Assembly: GCA_947499155.1 (NCBI GenBank)
Contig: CANMND010000004.1
Coordinates: 76,633 to 140,632, forward strand
Source: an uncultured Sphingomonadales bacterium
GTDB lineage: Bacteria; Pseudomonadota; Alphaproteobacteria; Sphingomonadales; Rhodothalassiaceae
DNA: 64,000 bases
Reading direction: 5' to 3'
Shown here: piece after piece, positions 53,069 through 60,181 of the stretch
Layout: every line of letters starts with the position of its first letter
Position numbering within the stretch: position 1 is the stretch's first letter
Translations under genes and position numbers: made by a program
Notes under the pieces: model-generated
Told to the model about the DNA's origin: nothing
Database searches by the model: none
The model's input: only the letters and a program-made list of their open reading frames with translations

Positions 53069-54529
53069 ATGCGCGACAGGTCAGGGACACGGACGACCGC
53101 ACATATCTTAATTTTACAACATGATTCCGCGATATGGAGGGGATGGCTGGGAGTTACCGCGGGCTATTTGCTTCTGGCACTCCTTGCACTTCTGCTTTTG
53201 GCAGTTCAAGGGCAGTCGGCTGCCGCACAGTCTGAGACCCGCTATACCAATCCAAAGGTTTTCACGCTCAAGACAGGCATTGCCACTGGCCGGATGGTTT
53301 ATATCGGCGTAGGCGGCGATATTGACGGCCAGATCAATCCCACACTGGTCGTTCATGAAGACGAAACAGTCCAGATAAACCTGATCAATGGCGAAGGCGC
53401 CGAGCATGATGTGGTGATCGACCAATATGCGGCGCGGTCGTCAATTGTGGTTGGCATGAACGCCTCGTCCACCTTTTCCTTTACTGCAAGCAAGGTGGGA
53501 GAATTCGCTTATTTCTGTTCCATAGCCGGCCACCGTTTGGCGGGGATGGAAGGCCTGATCAAGGTGATCTCCGGCTCGCGGAAAGCTCTTGATTCCGATA
53601 TCGCCGATATTGTGCGTGATCCCGCTGATTTGCCCGGACCTATCGGCCAGCGCCAGCCTCAAGTCGTCCGAATCGATATGGAAACGGTGGAACTGGTTGG
53701 CCAGCTTGATGATGGCACATCCTATGTTTACTGGACTTTTGACAATAAGGTTCCTGGTCCCTTCGTCCGGGTGCGTGTGGGCGACACGGTTGAGGTGCAC
53801 CTGACGAATGCCGCTGACAGTGTGATGATGCATTCCATAGATTTTCATGCCGCAACTGGTCCCGGCGGCGGCGCGGATTATACCCAGATAGCGCCGGGTG
53901 AAGAGGCGGTGCTGACGTTCAAGGCGTTAAAGCCTGGTATTTACGTTTATCATTGCGCCACACCCAGCGTTGCCCACCATATCACCAGCGGTATGTATGG
54001 CCTGATTCTGGTGGAGCCGGAAGGCGGTCTGCCCCAGGTGGACCGTGAATTCTATGTCATGCAGGGCGAGCTTTATACTGTTGAGCCCTTTGGCACCCAG
54101 GGTGAGATGGAAATGGACTATGACAAGCTGATATCCGAGCGTCCGGAATATTTTCTGTTCAATGGCTCTGTCGGGGCCCTGACTCGCTCGCATCCGCTTT
54201 ATGCGCGTGTGGGTGAAACAGTCCGCATCTTTTTTGGTGTGGGCGGCCCCAATTTTACGTCATCCTTTCACGTGATCGGTGAGATATTTGACAATGTCTA
54301 TCCACTGGGCAGCGTCACTTCACCACCATTGACCAATGTGCAAACCGTTACAGTCCCACCGGGCGGCGCGACAATCGTCGACTTCAAAATTGATCGCGGC
54401 GGCCACTATGTACTGGTCGACCACGCTCTGTCACGAGCCGAACGCGGCCTATCCGGCTATCTGATCGTTGACGGCCCCAAAAACGACGAAATAATGCACC
54501 AGGGCCCCGCCAACCAGCCCATGGAGTAA
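53069..54529 (+). CDS. nirK: copper-containing nitrite reductase with extra N-terminal cupredoxin domain
   Basis: Core NirK ligand blocks MMHSIDFHAATGPGG and YVYHCATPSVAHHITSGMYGLILVEP. Preceded by a ~100-aa cupredoxin module with its own type-1 Cu ligand set (AEHDVV ... YFCSIAGHRLAGMEG) and a signal peptide. AAGGGGA Shine-Dalgarno. Confidence 0.9.
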   Translation: MRDRSGTRTTAHILILQHDSAIWRGWLGVTAGYLLLALLALLLLAVQGQSAAAQSETRYTNPKVFTLKTGIATGRMVYIGVGGDIDGQINPTLVVHEDETVQINLINGEGAEHDVVIDQYAARSSIVVGMNASSTFSFTASKVGEFAYFCSIAGHRLAGMEGLIKVISGSRKALDSDIADIVRDPADLPGPIGQRQPQVVRIDMETVELVGQLDDGTSYVYWTFDNKVPGPFVRVRVGDTVEVHLTNAADSVMMHSIDFHAATGPGGGADYTQIAPGEEAVLTFKALKPGIYVYHCATPSVAHHITSGMYGLILVEPEGGLPQVDREFYVMQGELYTVEPFGTQGEMEMDYDKLISERPEYFLFNGSVGALTRSHPLYARVGETVRIFFGVGGPNFTSSFHVIGEIFDNVYPLGSVTSPPLTNVQTVTVPPGGATIVDFKIDRGGHYVLVDHALSRAERGLSGYLIVDGPKNDEIMHQGPANQPME

Positions 54530-54541
54530 GTGAGTGAAAGG

Positions 54542-54571
54542 CAGGCGCGAGGGTGGAGACTCTCGCGCCTG
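54542..54571 (+). terminator. hairpin terminator candidate after nirK
   Basis: CAGGCGCGAG (54542-54551) pairs perfectly with CTCGCGCCTG (54562-54571) across a 10-nt loop. The downstream tract is only weakly T-rich. Confidence 0.5.
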
Positions 54572-54697
54572 GTTGATGTTGGGCTTTGCGGCTGGCTGCT
54601 CTGCGGATTTTTGGGAGAACTCGCCTGTTTATAATGATGATTCCCAATTGCGCTTATTGGGTATTGCCAGTGTTGCTCAGGAGATATAGCCTACTCA

Positions 54698-54848
54698 AGG
54701 GCTTACAGGCAGAATTGTTGTCCGGATTCGAGACATATGTACGAACGTCAGGATAGTACTTGTGCTCCCCTGAAACTTAATGCGTTGTTGCTACATTGTT
54801 TTGCTGCTTCGATGCCCGAATGTTCGCGTAGGAGTGCCTGTAAGCCTT
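54698..54848 (+). ncRNA. candidate retron msr-msd non-coding RNA bracketed by a1/a2 inverted repeats
   Basis: AGGGCTTACAGGCA (54698-54711) is complementary to TGCCTGTAAGCCTT (54835-54848): 12 consecutive Watson-Crick pairs plus G-U and A-U. An unpaired G (54712) follows a1, where a branching G would sit. a2 ends 12 nt before the proposed RT start. Internal msr/msd hairpins were not resolved by eye. Confidence 0.5.
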
Positions 54849-54859
54849 CTTACTTACGA

Positions 54860-56641
54860 GTGAATGTGTCTCATCTGACCAAATTAAAAGACGCGACGTC
54901 CAGAAAAGAACTTGCAGTGATCTTGGGATATGAGCCCAAGGTCTTAACCTCGATTGTCTATAAAATACCGCCAAAAGATAAGTACACGACCTTTGAAATC
55001 TATAAGAAATCTGGCGGAAAGCGGACGATCAAAGCCCCGTCCCCCCGGCTCAAGAAGTTACAGAAGCACCTTTCCCACGTGCTCTATCAATGTCTTGCGG
55101 AGATCGAGAGGGAGCGCGGCGCTAAACCGATCTCTTTCGGATTTCGTAAGGGCCGCTCTATTGCTGAAAATGCCTCACGCCATAAGAGGCGGCGCTGGGT
55201 GCTTAACCTGGATTTAGAAGACTTTTTTCCTTCCTTCAATTTTGGTCGAGTCCGCGGATTCTTTCTCGAAGACAAGGCGTTTGAACTGCATCCACAGGTG
55301 GCAACGACAATCGCACAGATTGCATGCGATGGTACTGCATTGCCGCAGGGAAGCCCTTGCTCACCCGTGATTTCGGAATTCATTGCTCAGATTCTGGATA
55401 TGCGTCTGGTTCGGTTGGCCAAGAAATATGGCGTAACTTACACACGTTATGCCGATGATATTACGTTCTCTACCAGTCAAAAAGACTTCCCGATCGGTTT
55501 GGCAAACGTCGATACGAATGACCCTGCCGTGTGGCATCTCAGCGAAGAACTCGAAAACAAAATCGAAAACTCTGGGTTTACTATTAATAAAGCCAAAACA
55601 CGCATGCATGTTCGTGGTAGCAGGCAGATGGTCACTGGTCTGGTGGTCAACGAAAAGGTCAACATTCGCAGTGATTATTACCGACGCGCACGTGCCATGT
55701 GCGATATGCTCTTTCAGACGGGGCAGTATTATAAGGATGTGATCCAACCCGATGATGAAAAAGATGAACCGCAGCCTGATTTGATCGATAACTTAAGCCC
55801 TCTTCAGGGTATTCTTGGCCACATCTACTCGGTGACTCAAACTCAGGAGCGCAGGGAAATCACCGAGCAGCGGAAAAATCCGCGTGCGATCCGCAAGCTT
55901 TTCCGGAGATTTCTTTTTTATAAATATTGTATGGCTCTTCAGGAGCCATTGATTATCACTGAAGGTAAAACAGATCCGGTCTATTTGCGTGAAGCCGTCA
56001 AGCGCCGCACAAAATTCCATCCCGCACTTGGAACGCTTGGAATGGGTGGCTTCGAGCATGCTGTGAGGTACTTCAATTACGACAGTCTAGCGCACGAAGT
56101 GATGGATTTGGGAGGCGGTACAGGTGATTTGAAATCGATCCCCCTTGACTATCTCCGTAATCTGAAGCCGTCGCAAGGGACACATAAGCCGTTTGCCCAT
56201 ACGCCGATGAAGTATCCGGTCATCATCGTCCTCGACAATGATGAGGGCTTGACTGCCGTTGCGAGCACAGTAAAGAAGAATTTCGGGGTCGAATTCAACA
56301 CTGAGTCGACAGCTGATTTTTATCACGTGACCGAAAACCTGTATATCGTGAAGACTCCAGAGGACGGGTCCAAAAACACATGTATCGAGGACATGTTCCC
56401 GAAAAAAGTGCTGGAGACAAAACTTAACGGGAAGAAATTTAATCCTGCCAGCAAGATTAATTCAACCGAGGAATACAGCAAGGAAGTATTTGCGAAATCT
56501 GTTGTGAAGGCCAGGGCTGACGAAATCGACTTCTCCGGATTTGATCCGTTGCTTGAACGCATCTGTACAGTGATCAAAAATCACGCGGAGACGGTCGAGT
56601 CTTGCACAACGCTTGCTGAAGGCGAAGCCGCTTCTCAATAA
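54860..56641 (+). CDS. retron-type reverse transcriptase fused to a C-terminal TOPRIM domain (Ec67-like architecture)
   Basis: RT blocks: GGKRTIKAPSPRLKKLQKHL, NASRH (NAxxH), LNLDLEDFFPS, LPQGSPCSP, YADDITFS, and the retron hallmark SRQMVTGLVVN. C-terminal third: IITEGKTD (TOPRIM Glu) and VIIVLDNDEG (DxD). By recollection it is collinear with E. coli retron Ec67 RT. Start set to in-frame GTG 54860 because the first 41 listed codons (Cys-rich) overlie the ncRNA candidate. Confidence 0.85.
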   Translation: MNVSHLTKLKDATSRKELAVILGYEPKVLTSIVYKIPPKDKYTTFEIYKKSGGKRTIKAPSPRLKKLQKHLSHVLYQCLAEIERERGAKPISFGFRKGRSIAENASRHKRRRWVLNLDLEDFFPSFNFGRVRGFFLEDKAFELHPQVATTIAQIACDGTALPQGSPCSPVISEFIAQILDMRLVRLAKKYGVTYTRYADDITFSTSQKDFPIGLANVDTNDPAVWHLSEELENKIENSGFTINKAKTRMHVRGSRQMVTGLVVNEKVNIRSDYYRRARAMCDMLFQTGQYYKDVIQPDDEKDEPQPDLIDNLSPLQGILGHIYSVTQTQERREITEQRKNPRAIRKLFRRFLFYKYCMALQEPLIITEGKTDPVYLREAVKRRTKFHPALGTLGMGGFEHAVRYFNYDSLAHEVMDLGGGTGDLKSIPLDYLRNLKPSQGTHKPFAHTPMKYPVIIVLDNDEGLTAVASTVKKNFGVEFNTESTADFYHVTENLYIVKTPEDGSKNTCIEDMFPKKVLETKLNGKKFNPASKINSTEEYSKEVFAKSVVKARADEIDFSGFDPLLERICTVIKNHAETVESCTTLAEGEAASQ

Positions 56642-56716
56642 TTAATACGCTAAAGCAATGTGTTGGAATGCTCTTTTATACAAGACATATGGCGGAGCGG
56701 GAGTCCGCATTTTCGG

Positions 56717-56813
56717 CATCCATATATGTCCACAGAATTCTATATTTTTAATTATTTTCAATGGCTTATTAATTTTTCTGGTTTCTCGACATCCATAATG
56801 ATCCACAGTAATC
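56717..56813 (+). repeat. two ~24-nt direct repeats in the AT-rich leader of the integrase gene (arm-type or operator site candidates)
   Basis: CATCCATATATGTCCACAGAATTC (56717-56740) and CATCCATAATGATCCACAGTAATC (56790-56813) share the blocks CATCCATA, ATG and TCCACAG. The second copy ends 34 nt before the int ATG. Confidence 0.5.
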
Positions 56814-56847
56814 TGGCCCATATTAATGGGTAGATTTATGGGTATAT

Positions 56848-58086
56848 ATGGCGCGACCTATTCACAAACTCTCTGCGAGAAAAGCAGCATCAGAATCGAA
56901 ACCCGGTCTCTATTCAGACGGGGGCGGCCTTTACCTGCAGGTGAGCAAGTCTGGCTCAAAGAGCTGGATTTACCGTTTCATGATGAACCGGAAAGTCCGG
57001 GACATGGGTCTGGGGTCGTTACGGGATTTCTCACTTTCCGAGGTTAGAGATAAGGCCCGGGAATGCAGGCAATTGGTGCATGACGGAATCGACCCTATCG
57101 AACAAAGAAAGTCCGCTCGAAGCGCCCGCATGGCGGAAAACCGGAAGAGTCAATCGTTCGAAGACTGCGCGAACGACTATTTGAAGACCCATTCATCTGC
57201 CTGGAAGAATCCGAAGCATCGCCAGCAGTGGGAAAATACACTTTCCACTTATGTGTATCCGATCATCGGCAAACTGTCGGTGAAGGACATCAATACGCAT
57301 CTCGTCAAAAAGGTTCTCGATCCTATCTGGACGACAAAGACAGAAACCGCAACGCGCGTGCGTGGTCGTATCGAGAGAATTCTGGATTGGGCAACCGTGC
57401 AAGAGTTGCGGCAAGGAGAAAACCCGGCGCGCTGGAAAGGACATCTGGACCATCTACTGCCAGCCCCCACCAAACTGAAACGCGTACAGCATCACAAGGC
57501 ACTGCCTTACCAGGACATGTATGACCTGATGCTAGAACTGACAACTGCCGATGGAACAAGTGCTCTTGGACTGCGCTTTCTTATTCTAACGGCGGCCCGC
57601 AGCGGTGAAGTGCGGCTCGCCACCTGGAATGAGATCGACCTCGAGAAAAAGACCTGGACCATTCCTGCCGAACGGATGAAGGCCGGAAAGGAACACATTG
57701 TCCCGTTGTGTTCTCAGGCAATCGACATTCTCAAGACTATGGAGAAATATCGCGAAAGCGATCTGATATTCTCCGGCACCAAAAAAGACCGGCCCCTTTC
57801 AGACATGGCGTTCACGCAATTACTACGCCGCCTGGACAAAACGGACATCACCGCTCACGGTTTCCGTTCCAGCTTCCGTGACTGGGCAGGTGAAACAACT
57901 GCATTTCCCAGAGAAGTTATTGAAGCGGCCCTCGCGCACCAACTCAAGGATAAGACTGAGGCCGCTTATTTCAGAAGCAACTTGCTGGAAAAACGCCGCA
58001 AGCTAATGGACGCCTGGGATAAGCATTGCCGGACCATTTCCGGCAAAGCCATGAACATTATAAAGTTCGACACTGCAAAACTCTGA
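56848..58086 (+). CDS. tyrosine recombinase, P4/CP4-57-type integrase
   Basis: N-terminal DUF4102-like arm-binding region (LSARKAASESKPGLYSDGGGLYLQVSKSGSKSWIYRF). Catalytic residues in context: TAARSGE (R), HGFRSSFRDW (H-x-x-R), ALAH and AAYFRS (Tyr). Confidence 0.9.
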   Translation: MARPIHKLSARKAASESKPGLYSDGGGLYLQVSKSGSKSWIYRFMMNRKVRDMGLGSLRDFSLSEVRDKARECRQLVHDGIDPIEQRKSARSARMAENRKSQSFEDCANDYLKTHSSAWKNPKHRQQWENTLSTYVYPIIGKLSVKDINTHLVKKVLDPIWTTKTETATRVRGRIERILDWATVQELRQGENPARWKGHLDHLLPAPTKLKRVQHHKALPYQDMYDLMLELTTADGTSALGLRFLILTAARSGEVRLATWNEIDLEKKTWTIPAERMKAGKEHIVPLCSQAIDILKTMEKYRESDLIFSGTKKDRPLSDMAFTQLLRRLDKTDITAHGFRSSFRDWAGETTAFPREVIEAALAHQLKDKTEAAYFRSNLLEKRRKLMDAWDKHCRTISGKAMNIIKFDTAKL

Positions 58087-58106
58087 TCAGTAAGGAGAAA
58101 CAGCCA

Positions 58107-58898
58107 ATGAAATTAAAAAATAATCCACCAAGGTGGGCATTGATAATCGATGCCCTTGAAGTCGCGGCAATCAAGGCACCGCTTTATTGTGCGGCCTTTA
58201 TTACTATCACCATGATGGCTATCATCTACATAGTGCCAGTGAATTATATTCCAACAAATGACCAGATCACTTCATACATGCCTGCGCCATTGCAGTCCGA
58301 TTTCTTCTTAAATACCCCATTACCCCACCTCCTGTTTATAGAAATATTGGGACTGGCGGCAGTTGCATATGCACTCCAAAAAGTAGGCTTAGGATTTCAA
58401 TGGGATAAGGCAATTTCCAAACGTTATGCCCAATGCCGCAAAACTTGGCGGAGGTATGATCGTCGGCTCTCTGATCGCAAACAGCGTTTAAAAGAAATAA
58501 GAGTTCGTCGCTCAGAGTTGTTACACCTTGTGCGGCTTCTTTCTGCAGCCTTGAAGGAAACCAAGCCAGAAAAGATAGAAGAAAAGAAAATCAACAAAGC
58601 CAATGCACATTATCTTTTGCATTCCATGCCACTTTCAGAAGTCGCAGATTTTGCGTCTCAATATCGGAAGCGGTCAGATAAGTGTGCCTGGCACGCAGAT
58701 GTTGTCGAATCTTATCGAAAACTCTGGGAAGAAGACGAAACCTTCAAAAAGGCATCAATTTCCAAAAGGTTAAATCTCGCGGCCGTTCAAGCTGGAATGG
58801 GGGGTGCAAGCCTTACTTCACTCAAGACAATTTTCTATGCATATCCAGGTGAGCACTTCGCAAATCTAATGCGAGAAATCCTTAAATTGACAAAGTGA
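58107..58898 (+). CDS. hypothetical membrane protein (two N-terminal TM segments, basic coiled-coil linker, cytoplasmic C-terminal domain)
   Basis: ATG 58107 is 7 nt after AAGGAG. Hydrophobic stretches LYCAAFITITMMAIIYIV and LLFIEILGLAAVAYAL, then an Arg/Lys-rich helix RRLSDRKQRLKEIRVRRSELL. No motif recognised. Confidence 0.6.
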   Translation: MKLKNNPPRWALIIDALEVAAIKAPLYCAAFITITMMAIIYIVPVNYIPTNDQITSYMPAPLQSDFFLNTPLPHLLFIEILGLAAVAYALQKVGLGFQWDKAISKRYAQCRKTWRRYDRRLSDRKQRLKEIRVRRSELLHLVRLLSAALKETKPEKIEEKKINKANAHYLLHSMPLSEVADFASQYRKRSDKCAWHADVVESYRKLWEEDETFKKASISKRLNLAAVQAGMGGASLTSLKTIFYAYPGEHFANLMREILKLTK

Positions 58899-58975
58899 CC
58901 TGGTCAGTGACCTGATTTCTGGCTTCAAATAGGGTTGCCTGCACTCCGACGTTCAACCAACAACGACGGAGTGCA
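58896..58975 (+). promoter_or_regulatory. repeat cluster in the gap before alpA: TGACC/GGTCA half-site triplet plus a 13-bp-stem hairpin (operator or oriT candidate)
   Basis: TGACC-T-GGTCA-G-TGACC at 58896-58912. TGCACTCCGACGTT (58940-58953) is complementary to AACGACGGAGTGCA (58962-58975) with one A-A mismatch and an 8-nt loop. The hairpin ends 3 nt before the alpA ATG. Confidence 0.45.
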
Positions 58976-58978
58976 ACA

Positions 58979-59179
58979 ATGAAAACAGAACGACTTCTAC
59001 GGATTAAGGATGTTTGCCATCAGACGGGCTTTTGTCGGTCTCACATATACAATCTAATCGGCAAAGGCACATTTCCCCGCCCCGTTGGGCTGGGACGTGC
59101 CCGGCGCTGGCGGCAAAGTGATATAGACCTTTTTATCTCCAACCTCCCGGTTGTCAGCGTCGACGGGGGGCTCAAATGA
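58979..59179 (+). CDS. AlpA-family transcriptional regulator / excisionase-like HTH protein
   Basis: 66 aa. LLRIKDVCHQTGFCRSHIYNLIGKGTFPRPVGLGRARRWRQSDIDLFI matches the AlpA/MerR-like phage regulatory pattern. ATGA overlap with the next ORF. Confidence 0.85.
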   Translation: MKTERLLRIKDVCHQTGFCRSHIYNLIGKGTFPRPVGLGRARRWRQSDIDLFISNLPVVSVDGGLK

Positions 59180-59523
59180 AACAAGATGTGCAACGCCAAA
59201 TCAGCTTTCGCGTGAGCCCGACCGAAGCCGATATCATCAAAAATGCTGCACGGGCATCTGGTCAGAAACAACGCGACTGGCTGCGACTGGCCGTTCTTTC
59301 CGCAGTCGATTCACAAAGTCGCGGCTTCCGCTCAATTGAAGAGAAGATCGAGCTACAACTCGTCCACACGAGTTTTCTTTTTGAGTTCTTGATGCTGCGT
59401 GCAAAAGGGAAGGTGCCTCGTAATCAAAATGAACATCCGGCCTGGTGCCGTCAATTGTACCGCAAAGTGAAGGCCAATCTAACAGAACAGCATTTTCTGA
59501 GCACGAAAGGAGAGGATCTATGA
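59176..59523 (+). CDS. ribbon-helix-helix relaxosome accessory protein (MobC-like)
   Basis: N-terminus RQISFRVSPTEADIIKNAARASGQKQRDWLRLAVL fits a beta-strand/helix/helix RHH. Upstream of a relaxase in the same overlapping operon. Confidence 0.55.
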   Translation: MKQDVQRQISFRVSPTEADIIKNAARASGQKQRDWLRLAVLSAVDSQSRGFRSIEEKIELQLVHTSFLFEFLMLRAKGKVPRNQNEHPAWCRQLYRKVKANLTEQHFLSTKGEDL

Positions 59524-60170
59524 ATAGGTTTCCTCTCCCGTTGCCTCCGGTTAGAGCGAGCCTGACAGGCGCACTTGCAGCAACAAGCGTTTTAGCACTT
59601 GGTCTGGACACGCACGAGATTCATCTATGGTGGCTCGAGATTTTCCGCGACATAGACCGATGGCTTGGCTGGACTGGCTTCACCTCTCACGACGACTGGA
59701 TGTACCTGTACAAAAATTGGGACTCTGCCGCTTTCTTGAAAGTAAACTCGTATCTGTCGCTGGCCGTATTGCTATTCGCTATCACGACAATAGCAAGCTG
59801 GGTCATGCTCTTAGCTCGCTTGCGGCTCATAAAACGACTGCAGGAAGTCCACGGCATGATCGAGGCTATCAGGTTGCACTATACAAACCTGCAGCACCGC
59901 ATTCCAAATCTGGAACAGCAAGCAAACACAGCCTTAGAGACAGTCAACGACATAGTGTCAGAACTTGCTGTTCTTAAAGAATGGATTGAGCGAGCCAGGG
60001 AAGAACCGCCTGCTGGCTCCTCACCAGAGGTAGTATTCGACAACACTGCGGCCAGCTCTTATCCCTCTATACGAGAACGGGAGCATATGTCCCAGCTCGA
60101 AGAGGAGGAGGAAGAAGCAGAGAAAGAAAAAGAAAAAGAGAAAAATTACGACTTCGACCTTGAACTATAA
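59520..60170 (+). CDS. hypothetical TM/coiled-coil protein with acidic tail ending DFDLEL
   Basis: ATG 59520 overlaps the previous TGA (ATGA). Hydrophobic segment YLSLAVLLFAITTIASWVMLLA, heptad-like region LQEVHGMIEAIRLHYTNLQHRIPNLEQQANTALETVNDIVSELAVLKEWI, and tail EEEEEEAEKEKEKEKNYDFDLEL. Confidence 0.6.
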   Translation: MNRFPLPLPPVRASLTGALAATSVLALGLDTHEIHLWWLEIFRDIDRWLGWTGFTSHDDWMYLYKNWDSAAFLKVNSYLSLAVLLFAITTIASWVMLLARLRLIKRLQEVHGMIEAIRLHYTNLQHRIPNLEQQANTALETVNDIVSELAVLKEWIERAREEPPAGSSPEVVFDNTAASSYPSIREREHMSQLEEEEEEAEKEKEKEKNYDFDLEL

Positions 60171-60181
60171 GGGGATGCATC

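Noticed and set aside
54737-54859. First 41 codons of the listed 634-aa RT ORF (MYERQDSTCAPLKLNALLLHCFAASMPECSRRSACKPSYLR)
   Set aside because: Cys-rich and non-protein-like, with no counterpart at the N-terminus of retron RTs. It lies entirely over the a1/a2-bracketed ncRNA candidate. In-frame GTG 54860 gives an N-terminus of the expected length.
56690-56714. TGGCGGAGCGGGAGTCCGC resembles the reverse complement of a tRNA 3' end (...CCGCTCCGCCA), i.e. a possible att remnant next to the P4-type integrase
   Set aside because: The flanking sequence cannot form a T-arm or any tRNA body. The segment is itself a small hairpin (GCGGA-GCGGGAG-TCCGC) followed by ATTTTC. It is therefore more simply a weak terminator after the RT gene. 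I found no second copy in the window.
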